DNA of 64,000 bases from NCBI GenBank assembly GCA_973851085.1, contig OZ316776.1, forward strand, positions 5,952,001-6,016,000, read 5' to 3'. The notes under the pieces were generated by a model that saw nothing but the letters and a program-made list of their open reading frames with translations, ran no database searches and was not told the origin of the DNA. A program made the position numbers and the translations under genes. Shown here piece after piece: positions 12,901 through 25,200 of the stretch. Position 1 is the first letter of the stretch; each line of letters starts with the position of its first letter. This stretch comes from Ptychomitrium polyphyllum. Taxonomy: Eukaryota.

Positions 12901-14513
12901 GTGCGCATTCATGAAATACTCTAAGTTCTTATAGTCTATGTATATTGTGATGGTATATTGAGTTCCTTCCAACAAATGTCACCATTCTTCAAACGCATCC
13001 ACAATTGCAAGTGGTTCATTATCATGGATATTATAGTTGATCTCTGCCGCTGAGAACTTCCTTCAACAAAAGGTAAGATGGTGAAGTCTCTTGTTTTCAT
13101 CATATTATGAAAGTACTGAGCCAAGCGCAAAATCTGAGGCATCCACTTCCAAATAGAAAGGCTTTGATGGATTTGGATTAATAACAATTGGAGCCGATGT
13201 GAATGACTTCTTAAGGCCTTGAATTTCTTTTTCCGCCTCTTCATTCCAAGTGAATGTTTAATTCCCCATAAGACGTATTAATAGTGCCACAATCTTGGAA
13301 TAAACCTTGATGAATATCCTGTAGAAGTTTGCAAATTCCAATAAGCATTGAACATCTCAAATTGATCTTAGCGTACTCCACTCCATGACAGTGCTTATTT
13401 TCTTCTTATCCATATGGATTCTTCTTTTGGAAATGATGTAGTCTTAAAATTCAACCAAGGATTCATGGAAAAGACACTTCTCCAATTTGGCATATAATCC
13501 TTGCTGACATAGTTTTTCTAAGACCACTTGCATATGACATTAATGGTCTTGATCATCCTTTGAATATATCAAAACATCACCCAAATAATTGACTATAAAA
13601 TTGTCCAAATATTTATGGAAGATATCATTCAACATATGTTGGAAGACTGTTAGTGTCACGGACATAGATTATGCAAACATAGTCCTTAGAACATTCTAGA
13701 ACCTTCTAATATACTATAATAGCTTCTTAGAATACTTTTAGATGTCTCCATAACCTTCCAAGTTCTAAGGAAGCTTCCTAAGAAAGTTCCTCCACCTTAG
13801 AATGTTCCCTAACAAGTTTCTATCATCTTAGGTAACTTCCTAGGAAACTTCCTACAAAGGTTCCATCATCTTAGGAAATTTTCCAGGAAGGTTCCATCAT
13901 CTTTGAAAACTTCCTAGAAAGATTCTACCTCCTTTAGAAACTTCCTAAGAAGGTTCCACTATCTTAGAGAATTTCTAAGGAATGTTCCAATATCTTAGAA
14001 AACTTCTATGGAAGGTCCCAATCCCTTAGAAGCTTCTTGGGAAGGTTCCTTAGACTTCCAGAACATTCTTAAGCCTTGTAGGAAGCTTCTTTAGAAGTAT
14101 CCTAGGAGATACAAACGTCATAGTATAAATAGGAGGCAAGACAAGGTATTCCTTAGTCTTGCCAATACAAGTTGTGGATCATCTTGAATCCTGCCTTGTT
14201 TTAGTCTTTGTATCAAGCTCTTATTAATCATTAGCTCTTTGAAAGCTAATTCTTGGGAAACACTTTGTTTATGCTTCTTGTTTCTTGTGTCCCTAACAGT
14301 TTAGCAAAACTACTCCTCATCTTTGTCAGAGCTAAGGTTCTTTTAAGAAGATTGTGGATTATCCATCTTCTTTATGATTCCTTAGCATCTTAGAGGTTGC
14401 GGATTACCCTTCTCTAAGCTGGCACCATAGAGTTGGTTTCTCCTTCTAAAACCAAGTATTACTTCTTTCAAAGGACGTGGATTTTCCTCCTTTGAAGGTA
14501 CTCATAGTCTTCT

Positions 14514-15658
14514 TGTCGTGCACCTCGCCTTGAGGAGTGCCCGCAACACTAAGGGCACAAGGGAGACTCCGAAGTGACGTCCGGGACTTGTGGCGCCGAT
14601 AGTGAGGAGAACCAAGTGGGCCTAACATGGAAAGGACCCCTAGGGGGAGAAACATCCTTGCCCATGTAGATCGAAAGCCATGAGGGATAAATTGTGGGCA
14701 TTAAAGGAATCATGAAGAGCTGATTCTAGAATGCTAAGGATTGCCCAAATCGGACATGGGAGCTAAAAGTTATGGCACCCCAAAGTTGAGGTTGCCAAGG
14801 GGCTGTTCTGGAGTGTGGCAGCCCTACACAGTGACTATGCTGGAGTAGAACAGTCCAGGGAGGGACTCCCCAGGAGTCCCGAACCTTGGGAGAGGCGTAT
14901 CTTCCACAATACTAACTCAAATCGGACGTTTGAGGAGTCTATCGGCATCTACGCAAAGAGTAGATGACGATAGAGTGGTCGCTTGATACATTCGGGCACC
15001 GGATGGGGAAGATATGGCGCCCTAAAGGTCCACTGGGAGTCCCGGAGGCTTCCAGCGGCTAAGTCCCAAGGGGGATCGGGTGGTCTTCCAAAACTCTAGG
15101 TGTGTCGGGGTTCAGCTAGCTCCAGAGAGCCAGGGGGCCTGCCGAATCCCACAGAGAGTACTATAAGGGAGGGCTGGTCCCCCTCCCCACTCCCCTAGTG
15201 TCCCGGTAGAGACCAAGGGTGAGTCTCGGTTGGTGGAGCTAGTGTTGGGGCTTCACCACGGGGACTCCCACACCATTGTGAGGCGGTGGACGGCCGGTTT
15301 TACGAAGGGAACTAGCATGTTCAAAAGGGTACGCTTGTTACCACTAAATTGGGGTGGTGTCTTCACGCCAGCACCATGATGGCCCGGGGTGATCTTAGGA
15401 TCACTTAGGTATCATGAGTGGTAGTGAGGAGACACCACTAAGTGCGGTTAGGCCGTGTGGAATGGGAGTAACACCAAGTGAGGCCTTGGACATGAATGGA
15501 AGTCCGCACCTAACCATTGGCTACTAATAAATTGGGTGTCCTAAGAGAAATGGTAGAAAGACTTGGAAAGTGAGAATGGGGGTTAACCATGTGCATGTGG
15601 GGGTGTACAGGGTTGATGCGCGTGACGCTTGCTAAGGTGCATTGTAAAGGTTGCGACA
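14514..15658. mobile_element. GC-rich solo LTR (1145 bp) of an unrelated family inserted in the leader of copy N
   Basis: TGTCG...CGACA termini and exact TSD CTTCT (14509-14513 and 15659-15663). The empty site CTCATAGTCTTCTTGTCTTTGCC is visible in copy A (1331-1353, minus). Confidence 0.9.
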
Positions 15659-17718
15659 CTTCTTGTCTTTGCCAATCTTAAGAAATAAATATTGTGCCTG
15701 AAACATCAAAGAATAGGTTTGCAACTATTGCTGACCTTCAACAATTATTAAACATGATTTGAACGGAACTCGCCCGTTTTGATACCACCATCAATTTGGA
15801 GCAACATACTCGGTAAGCTAAAGAATCCAATGGTGATATTCAAAGCCTATATTAAAAGGTTGTTCGATTGCGAGAGGCCAATATTGGAAGAGAAGGCTTA
15901 TGTTGAACCCATGCAGAGCCAAAGATTAGCATGCCAGACAAGTTCAATGGATCAAGATCAAAATTGAGAAGCTTTATTCAATAAGCAAGACTCTAGCTTA
16001 GTGTGCATCAATCTCCCTATCCTGATGGCACAACTCAAGTGGGATTTCTGGCCACTCTTTTATCAAATAATGCACTATTGTGGTTTGCACTTCTGATGGA
16101 GAAGCAGTCACTATTATTGAACAACTTAGATGCTTTTATAAAAGCATTGACATCTACTTTTGGAGACACCGACCGAGAGAAAGTGGCTGAAACAAGGATC
16201 CAAAGTCTCCAACAAGAACAGCGCTCAGCTGCTACATATGCTGCAGAGTTTTGACAGTTAGCTTGCGACCTTGATTGGAATGATAAAGCCTTGGTGACAC
16301 GATTTCGATGGGGCTTAAGAGAGAATGTAAAGGACTTGCTACTCACGATGCCAAGAGTTGAAACATTCGACCAATTCATCAGTTGAGCAATAGCATGTGA
16401 CAACAGACTATTTGAGAGGCGCCAAAAACAATGCTTGGGATGGCAACCAGTACATCAAAGCATGACTACCATTTCTTCAAGAATATTACAAAATCGAGCA
16501 CAAGGACCAGAACCTATGCAAATTGATGTTGCTTAGTTTAGACGTTTAACTCCAGAAGAAAAAGAAAAGCGTCGAAGAGAAAACCCATGTTTGTATTGTG
16601 ACAAATCTGAACATAAAGTGCGCGATTCCAAATCAAAGGATCTGCCTTTAAGGCTCAAAGCACAATGGTGGAATTGGAAAACGAGGCTGTCTAGTCACAA
16701 TAGGAACCATGCGAGTGGATACCACAAAGAAACCACCATCAAATCAAGGTTACTTACTACCTTCAAGCCCTACTTCTTGTTTTACATTTCCTATCAAAAT
16801 TAAGTTGTTAGATGCTGAAATAATTAGTGAGGCTCACTTAGACATTGGAATGATGGCAAGTTTCATGGACAAGGATTTTGCAACAAAACATCACATGGTG
16901 CTTATGAACAGAAAACATCCAACACCTGTTGAAGTTATTGATGGACGATCTCTTGCGTCTGGCAACGTCATTGAATAAACTCAATCCTTGGATGTTGTTT
17001 TAGGGAACGAGGCATCTAAGATTGTCTTCAACATCATTCAATGCCGAATAAATCCCATTGTTTTGGGCCTTCCTTGGTTTGAATTACATAATCCAAACAT
17101 TAACTGGCGCTCATGGAGTGTGGTCTCAAGGAAAAGACGCCAAGGTACAAGAAATCTTAGACCATCATTTATTGGAGCTAAGGCATTTATGAGAGCAGCG
17201 AAGGATGAACCAATCTATGCCATTTATGCCACGCCAATGTCTAGCTCTACAATACAGACTAATAATAACATATATTGAAGAAATGCAACAAAGCTAGTAC
17301 AACAAGCAAGAAGAGAGAGAGAAAAGTTGCAACAAGAGAAGTGTGGAGCAAGATGACTCCCACTTCTAAAACACCTTTACTTATACTTGAGAGTCATCCA
17401 CCAAAATGTGCCACTTGGCGGCCATGCATTTGCCTCTACTATATGAGTGACATGTGGCGGCTAACCCTAACCCTAGCCGCCGTAGCCGCCACCCTAACCC
17501 TAACGGCCGCCTTAACCCTAATGGCCGCCTTAACCTTAGCCGTCATACAAAATCCTTGTTGCCTTTTCTTAACCCTAGCCTCCATATTCCATATAGCCTC
17601 TTTCCTCACACCCCTTTGATCATTAGCAACATATCATGCTCTAAGTCTACACAAGGATACTTCAACTATGATTACTTTATATGTTTCACACTTTGCAACA
17701 CTCCCACTTTGCTACTGG

Positions 17719-20700
17719 TCAAAGGGCCTTTGATCGAATTGACCTCGTCAACAACTGGTGTCTATCTCTTACCAATGCTTTTGTCAACAAATCAGCAAGC
17801 ATGCCCTCTGTTGCACAATACCTCATATCTATCACTCCATTTTCAATCTTCTCTCTTATGAAGTGATGTTGGATGTCAATGTGCTTTGTTCGTGAGTGAT
17901 GCTTGGGATTCTTGGCAAAGGCAAGACATCCCTGATTGTCACACATGATGGGCGTTGCACCCAGTTGTACAAGTCCAATGTCGTCCAAGAGTTGCCTCAG
18001 CCACATTGCTTCCATTGCACCATGACTTGCCGCCATGTACTCCGCCTCCATGGTTGACCTTGCAATTGTAGGTTGCCTCTTGCAGTTTCAAGAGATGGCT
18101 CCCACTCCAACAAAGAACACATACCCCGTTGTGGAGCGCCTATCATTTGCATCTCTAGCCCAATCCGCATCACAAATTCCCTGCAACTCAATGTTATCAC
18201 CTCCCAAACACAACACAAAGTCCAAGGTGCCCTTCAAGTACCTCATGATCCTCTTGATGGTTGCCCAGTGCATGGGGCCGGCCTTAGACATGTGTTGGCT
18301 CACAACACTCACCGAAAATGCAAGATCAAACCTTGTGCCCACCATGGCATACATGAGGCACCCCACTCATTCCTTGTATGGAACGCCTTGCATTTCGCCC
18401 TCCGCTTGAGCATACTCCTCATCACTTAGCTTCATCAACCTCAAGTTTGCCTCCAAAGGCGTTCCCACTAGCTTGCAGTCTTCCATGTTGAATCGCTTCA
18501 ACACTTCTTCGATGTACTTCTTCTGGCTCATGGTGATGGTCCTCTTTGCACGATCCCTCACAAATTCCACTCCAAGACAATAGTGTAACTCGCCCAAATC
18601 ACTCATCTCAAACTCCTGCTCTAATTTGGCCTTCAACCACTCTAGCTTCTCCAAAAGGTTGGCCAACATGATCAAGTCATCCACATAGAGAATCACAATC
18701 AACAAGAATTCCATGGTCTGCATCACATACAAGGAATGATCCGCCTCACTTCTCACAAACCCTTCCTTCCTAAAGAATGCATCAATGCGTTGGTACCATG
18801 CCCTTGGCGATTGCTTAAGCCCGTACAAGGCCTTCTTCAACTTGCAAACAAGGTATTCCAAGCCTTCATGTACAAACCCTGGAGGTTGCTCCATGTAGAT
18901 GTCTTCTTCCAACTCTCCATTTAGAAAGGCCGTCTTCACATCCATCTGGTGCACCTCCAAGTCCATTGCCGCAGCTATGGCCAAGATAGTCCTAATGGTG
19001 GTGAACTTGGCCACAGGTGCAAAGGTCTCATTGAAGTCCACACCAGCAACTTGTGAGTATCCTTTGGCAACTAGCCTTGCCTTGTGCCTCACAATTGCAC
19101 CCGAAGCATCCCTCTTGGTTCTAAACACCCACTTGCAACCTATGCAAGAACGATTTGGAGGAAGTTGAGTCAAGTGCCATGTGCCATTGTCCATGAGCGA
19201 CTTGTACTCCTCTTCCATGGCCTTTTCCCACTTCTTTGCATCCGTAGACTTTAAGGCATCGCACATAGTTAAAGGATCAACGAGGAGGGCAACATTGGCA
19301 TGTTCTGCACTCACTTTTGGAAAGATATGGTTCTTCCACCATTCACCAAGTAGCCTCCTCTCCCTCATGGGATACCTCCTTACACTCATTGCAGGCCTCT
19401 CTTCTTGTAATGCATCCCCTTCTCCTTCACTTAGAAGATTATCCTCCTCACTTGGATGAAGATGCTCACCATCATCTTGTGAGGTTCCTCTGCTGGTCTT
19501 AAGGGTGGAAGTCGCCTTGCTCTCCCCTTCCATTGTTCCTTCACCTCCATCCACATCTCCACCTTCTTCCTTGGTTGTTGTGGAGGATGTGTCCACAATC
19601 ACACTATTACTCCCACTTGGACACATCCCCAAGTGCTCACAAGCACTCTTGTGCTCCAAAAACTCAACATCACGACTCTTGATGATCTTCTTGCTCTCCA
19701 CACACATCAACCTATATGCTTTGCTGCCCTCACAATAACCAAAGAACACACACTTTGTACCCTTTGCATCAAGCTTGGACCTCATGCAATCTGGAACCTT
19801 GGCATATGCAAGGCATCCGAAGGTCCTCATGTGTGAAACACAAGGCTTCTTACCACTCCAAGCTTCTTCAGGGGTCATGGATGCAAGGGCATTTGTGGGG
19901 CACCTATTTCTTGTGTACACCGCATTCACCACCGCTTCCGCCCACAACTCATGTCCAAGATATAAGGCATGAAGCATGCTCCTCGCCATCTCCACAATGG
20001 TGCGATTTGCCCTCTCAGCAACTCCATTTTATTGTGGAGTGTATGGAGTGGAGGTTTGCGTTGCAATGCCTTCACTCCTCAAGAAGTCATCAAAACATTT
20101 GGATAAGAACTCACCACCATTATCTAAACGCAACACCTTGATCTTGGACTCACATTGCTTCTCCACAAGCGCCTTGAACTCCTTGAATCTTGCAAAGCAT
20201 TCGCTCTTGGCCTTGAGGATGAACACCCATACTTTCCTCGAATAATCATCAATGAAGGTGAGGAAGTACCTTGCTCCCCCGATGGATGGAGTCCTCATAG
20301 GCCCGCACACGTCGGAATGCACAATCTCCAACAATTTGCTTGCACGACTTGCCACTCCACTTGGAAACGACGCCCTATGCTGCTTGCCTAGGATGCAAGC
20401 CTCACAAGCAAGTTCTTTGGCCTTGTGGCATGTTGTACCAAGATCCAAGCCGCTTACCATGCCTTGGAGCTCCTTCATGGCCTTCACATTCAGGTGCCCA
20501 AGGCGCCCATGCCATATGCCAAGCTTGTCTTGGTCTTCAATGAACTCAGCAAAGGCCGCCACCTCCACTCCATTCACCTTTTTACACTTGATGAAGTACA
20601 AGTTGCCATCCCTCAACCCCGTGGCAACCACATCTCCATTCAATGACTTCATAATACATCCATTCACATTGAAATGAGCCACAAACCCTCCCATCACAAG

Positions 20701-21762
20701 TTTGCTCACCGAAAAGAGGTTGGACTTCATCTTTGGCACATGCAGCACGTCCTTGAAGGTGGTCCTCTTGGTCTTGCCTCCCACAACAACCTCCACCACA
20801 ATGGAACCTATTCCAATGGCCTCTACCACGCCATTGTCATCCATGAGCACACTACTGGCTGCAATTGCCTCATAAGTATGGAATGAGCACTTGTAAGGAG
20901 TCATGTGCTTTGTGGCACCCGAATCAACTATCCACTTGGATAGGGCTGCCATAGGCGCCCCCTCGCTTGCCATGAAGGCACAATCACCACCTCCAAGGTG
21001 GTCCATCACATTTTTGGCATCCTCCCTCTCTCCTTTCTTGGCCTTGAAGCAATTTCGAGCAAAATGACCTGGTTTTCCACACACAAAGCACGTTCGAAAA
21101 TTTGGACGTTGATTAGAATAGGTGGCCTTGCCTTGCCTTGAGAAGAAGGCGGAGTCTTCACTTGAATTCGCCTTCTCCTTCCTCTTGGTCTCCTTGTGGC
21201 TCAATCTCGCCGTCACATAGTCCATGGTGAGGTCCTTGATGGGAATGGACTCCAAGGCCACTATGAGATAGCTATAGGACTCCGGCAAGCTCATGAGCAA
21301 TGTAATCACAACATCCGACTCCTCCAATGGCTTGTCCACAATGGCAAGTTGCCTTGCAAGGGCCTTCAACTTGTTCACATGCGCCATGAGGTCGTGGCCT
21401 TCTTCCATCTTGCAGTTCAAGAGCTTCCTCTTTGTGAAGATGATGTTGGAGAGGTTCTTGCTCTCATAGATGTTGCAAAGCGTCTTCCACGCTTCTGCCG
21501 GTCCAGTGCAAGAGATGATATGGGCGAAGTTGGCATCATCAAGGTTGGTGGCAAGGATGCCAAAAGCCTTCTTCTCATGACGTTGGAACTCCTTCTTCTC
21601 CTTTGCATCCGCCAACAATGGTGGAGCAACCGCACTCTCATCTATGATGTCCCAAAGGTCCAAAGAAGCCAACGAGAGCTCCATCCTAACCTTCCATTGG
21701 TAGAAGTTATCACCATGAAACTTTTGAATGACCCTAAAACCTTCACCTTCACTCGAAGCCAT
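17719..21762 (-). pseudogene. Copia gag-pol polyprotein in a single frame with three premature stops
   Basis: ORFs 20029-21762, 18367-19995, 18088-18366 and 17719-18051 are all in one frame. Motifs: CFVCGKPGHFARNC, WIVDSGAT, HSDVCGP, KARLVAKG, QMDVKTAFLNG, YVDD, DADW, RTKHID. Confidence 0.95.
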
Positions 21763-22196
21763 GCCTTAAGAAGAGAGGTAACAAAACAAACCTTCAAACA
21801 AACTATTTCCTTGACTCCTATGCTTCTCACAAGTCTTCACAACTATGAGTCCCAAGAAAATCCTTTCAACTCACTATGTCCACTCAATGAGCACACTTAT
21901 CAATGAACTCACAAGACAACAACACCAAGCACAACAAAATGGTGTTAGGAAGCTTGAATCCAACAAAGACACTATCAAGGTCTTATCACCACTCAAAACA
22001 ACTCACTATCCAAGGAGTTTCAACAACCACAACCCCAAGAGCTCAAGAAACATCAAACCAAGCACCTACATGTGCAAAACTTCAAAGTTAGGCGTTTCTA
22101 ACTCTATCTTCAAAAACTATGAAGTGATCTTGCTCCACACAAGAACAACAACTACAAAACACTTCAAGCTACTTCAAAAGGCACAACTAAGAGTGT

Positions 22197-22210
22197 GTGG
22201 GCCCATAACC
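22197..22210 (-). promoter_or_regulatory. Primer-binding site complementary to the anticodon arm of initiator tRNA-Met
   Basis: GGTTATGGGCCCAC directly after the 5' LTR. Variants at 3834-3847 and 28456-28469. Confidence 0.85.
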
Positions 22211-25200
22211 TATTGAAGAAATGCAACAAAGCTAGTACAACAAGCAAGAAGAGAGAGAGAAAAGTTGCAACAAGAGAAGTGTGGAGCAAGATGACTCCCA
22301 CTTCCAAAATCCCTTTACTTATACTTGAGAGTCATCCACCAAAATGTGCCACTTGGCGGCCATGCATTTGCCTCTACTATATGAGTGACATGTGGCGGCT
22401 AACCCTAACCCTAGCTGCCGTAGCCGCCACCCTAACCCTAACGGCCGCCCTAACCCTAATGGCCGCCCTAACCTTAGCCGTCTTATAAAACCCTTGTTGC
22501 CTTTTCTTAACCCTAGCCTCCATATCTCCTATGGCCTCTTTCTTCACACCCCTTTGACCATTAGCAAAATATCATGCTCTAAGCCTACACAAGGATACTT
22601 CAACTATGACTACTTTATATGTTTCACACTTTGCAACAACATACCTCATCAATATTAAGATTATAAAAACGTTTTTGAAAAGAAGAATGCGGACATGTTA
22701 CCAAAGCACCGGCCTTACAATTGTACCATTGAGTTGCAAGAAGGAGCCCAACCACCTTTTGGACCTATTTATAACTTATCACAAATCGAGTTGCCTGCCT
22801 CGAGAGAATATATTGATAAAAACCTCGGAAAGGGTTTCATTCAACACTCTAAATTACCAGCTGGAGCATCCATTCTATTTGCAAAGAAGAAAGATGGATC
22901 ATTACGTATGTGCGTGGACTATTGAGGCTTCAAAAAAGTAACAAAAAAGAATCGCTATCCATTACCATTAATCTCAGGGCTCCTACCACAACTTAGCCAA
23001 GCAAAGATATTCACCAAAATTGATCTTAGAGGAGCCTACAATCTTGTACGCATCAAAGAAAGAGACAAATGGAAGACAGCTTTTCAATCTAATTATGGTC
23101 ATTTTGAATACAATGGCATGCCTTTTGGCCTTACTAATGCTCTTGCAGTCTTTCAACATTTGATAAATGATATCTTCCATGAACATCTGGATGATTTTGT
23201 AGTCATCTACTTAGATGATATATTGATATATTCAAAGGATGAATAAGACCACAAATGTCATGTGCGACTGGTCTTAGAAAAACTACGCCAACGAGGATTA
23301 TATGCCAAATTGGAGAAGTGCCTTTTCTATGAATCCTCGGTTGAAGTTTTAGGCTACATCATTTCCAAAGGAGGAATTCATATGGATAAGAAGAAAATAA
23401 GCACTGTCATGGAGTAGAGTATGCCAAGATCAATTTGAGATGTTCAATGCTTCTTGGAATTTGCAAACTTCTATAGGATATTCATTAAGAACTATTCCAA
23501 GATTGCGGTACCATTAACACGTCTTACGGGAAAGCAAAAATTCATTTGGAATGAAGAGGCGAAAAGAGCATTTCAAAGTCTTAAGAAATCATTCATGTCG
23601 GCTCCAATTCTTATTCATCAAAATCCATCAAAGCCTTTCTATTTGGAAGCGGATGCCTCAGACTTTGCGCTTGGCTCAACCCCCTCTAAATATGATGAAG
23701 ACGGGAGACTTCACCCTCTTACCTTTCGTTCAAGGAAGTTCTCAGCGGCAAAGATCAACTATGATATACATGATAAAGAACCACTTGCAATTGTGGATGC
23801 ATTTGAAGAATGGCGACACTTATTGGAAAGAGCTCAACATACCATTACGATATACACAGACCACAAGAACTTGGAGTATTTTATGAGTGCAGGCATTTTG
23901 AATCGCCGTCAAGCAAAGTAAAGTATGTCGCTTTCCGAATTTGACTTTGTCATTACCTATCGATCTGGTAGCTTGCAAGGTAAGCCAGAGGCCTTATCTC
24001 AAAGATCTTCTTTAGCTCCTCAACCTAGAGTTGATGTTTTAAATCAACAAAGGACAATTTTATTGACGCCTGAGAATCTTCAATTGAAAGCAACCATTAT
24101 TACAACAACATCTCATCTTGAAGAAATTCGGAAGGCTTTAAAGAATGACGTCTTTGTTTCAAATATAAAAAAGCGCCTCAAAGACAATGGAAATCCTTCA
24201 AATAGCGATGAAGACTTTGAATTCCAAGAGGGCCTACTCTATTATAAAGTACTTTTTTACCTACCTCTACGCCCTTTGCAGTTGAAGATCCTTCAAGCAC
24301 GTCATAATTTTCCAGCAATAGGACATTTTGGATTCAATAAAACAATAGAGTTGATTGCTAAAGACTATTAGTGGCCACAAATGTGAAAGTATGTGAAGAA
24401 CTTTGTTCAATCATGCGACACTTGTGCAAGAGCCAAGGTACCAAGACACCAATCTCATGGTCTCCTCCATCTGCTTCCAGTGCCAAAGGGCCCATGGTTG
24501 TCTTTATCAATGGATTTTATTACGGACCTTCCAAATTCCGAACCTATGGATTCTATTTTGGTAGTGGTAGATCAATTCACCAAAATGGCACGTTTCATTC
24601 CATGCAACAAGACGGTAACGAGAGAAGAAACTGCCAAGTTGTTCCTAAATCACATCTACCGCATACATGGACTACCATATGATATTGTATCCGATCCAAG
24701 GCCGCAGTTCCTTTTTCAACTTTTGAACAATTCTATTCCAGCTACTGGGTGTAAAGATCAATCTTTCTTCAGTAGGCCATCCGCAAACAGATGGCCGAAC
24801 CGAACGTGTAAATCAAATTTTGGAATAGTACCTTTATTGTAGCATAAACTACCAGCAAGACAATTGGATGAACTTCTTGCCTTAGGAAGAATTTGCTTAT
24901 AGTAATATGGTGCATTCTTCAACAATTCAAAGTCCATTCTTTCCAAACTATGGGCATCATCTTCAAATAGATCCATTTCAAGTGAAGCATGTTGGAAGTC
25001 TTGCAGCAAAGGAATTTGCAATTCAACTTGCTAAAATCCATCAAGAAATTACTTTCCAGTTACAACAAGCTCAAGATCGTTACAAAACATATGCAGATTG
25101 CCATCAAAAGGACCATCCAAAGTTCAAGGTTGGAGATAGCGTATGGCTCCTACGACAAAATATACAAACAAAAAGACCATCAAAGAAGTTGGACTATCAA

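Larger units (their letters stand above)
17273..22638 (-). mobile_element. Near-intact Copia LTR retrotransposon (element C, same family as B)
   Basis: 428-bp LTRs at 22211-22638 and 17273-17700 (~18 differences by eye). Exact TSD ACATA (17268-17272 and 22639-22643). PBS at 22197-22210, PPT at 17701-17712. Confidence 0.97.

Noticed and set aside
21196..21906. 236-aa plus-strand ORF and similar antisense ORFs over Copia gag-pol
   Set aside because: Antisense shadows of the retrotransposon reading frame; no independent motifs.
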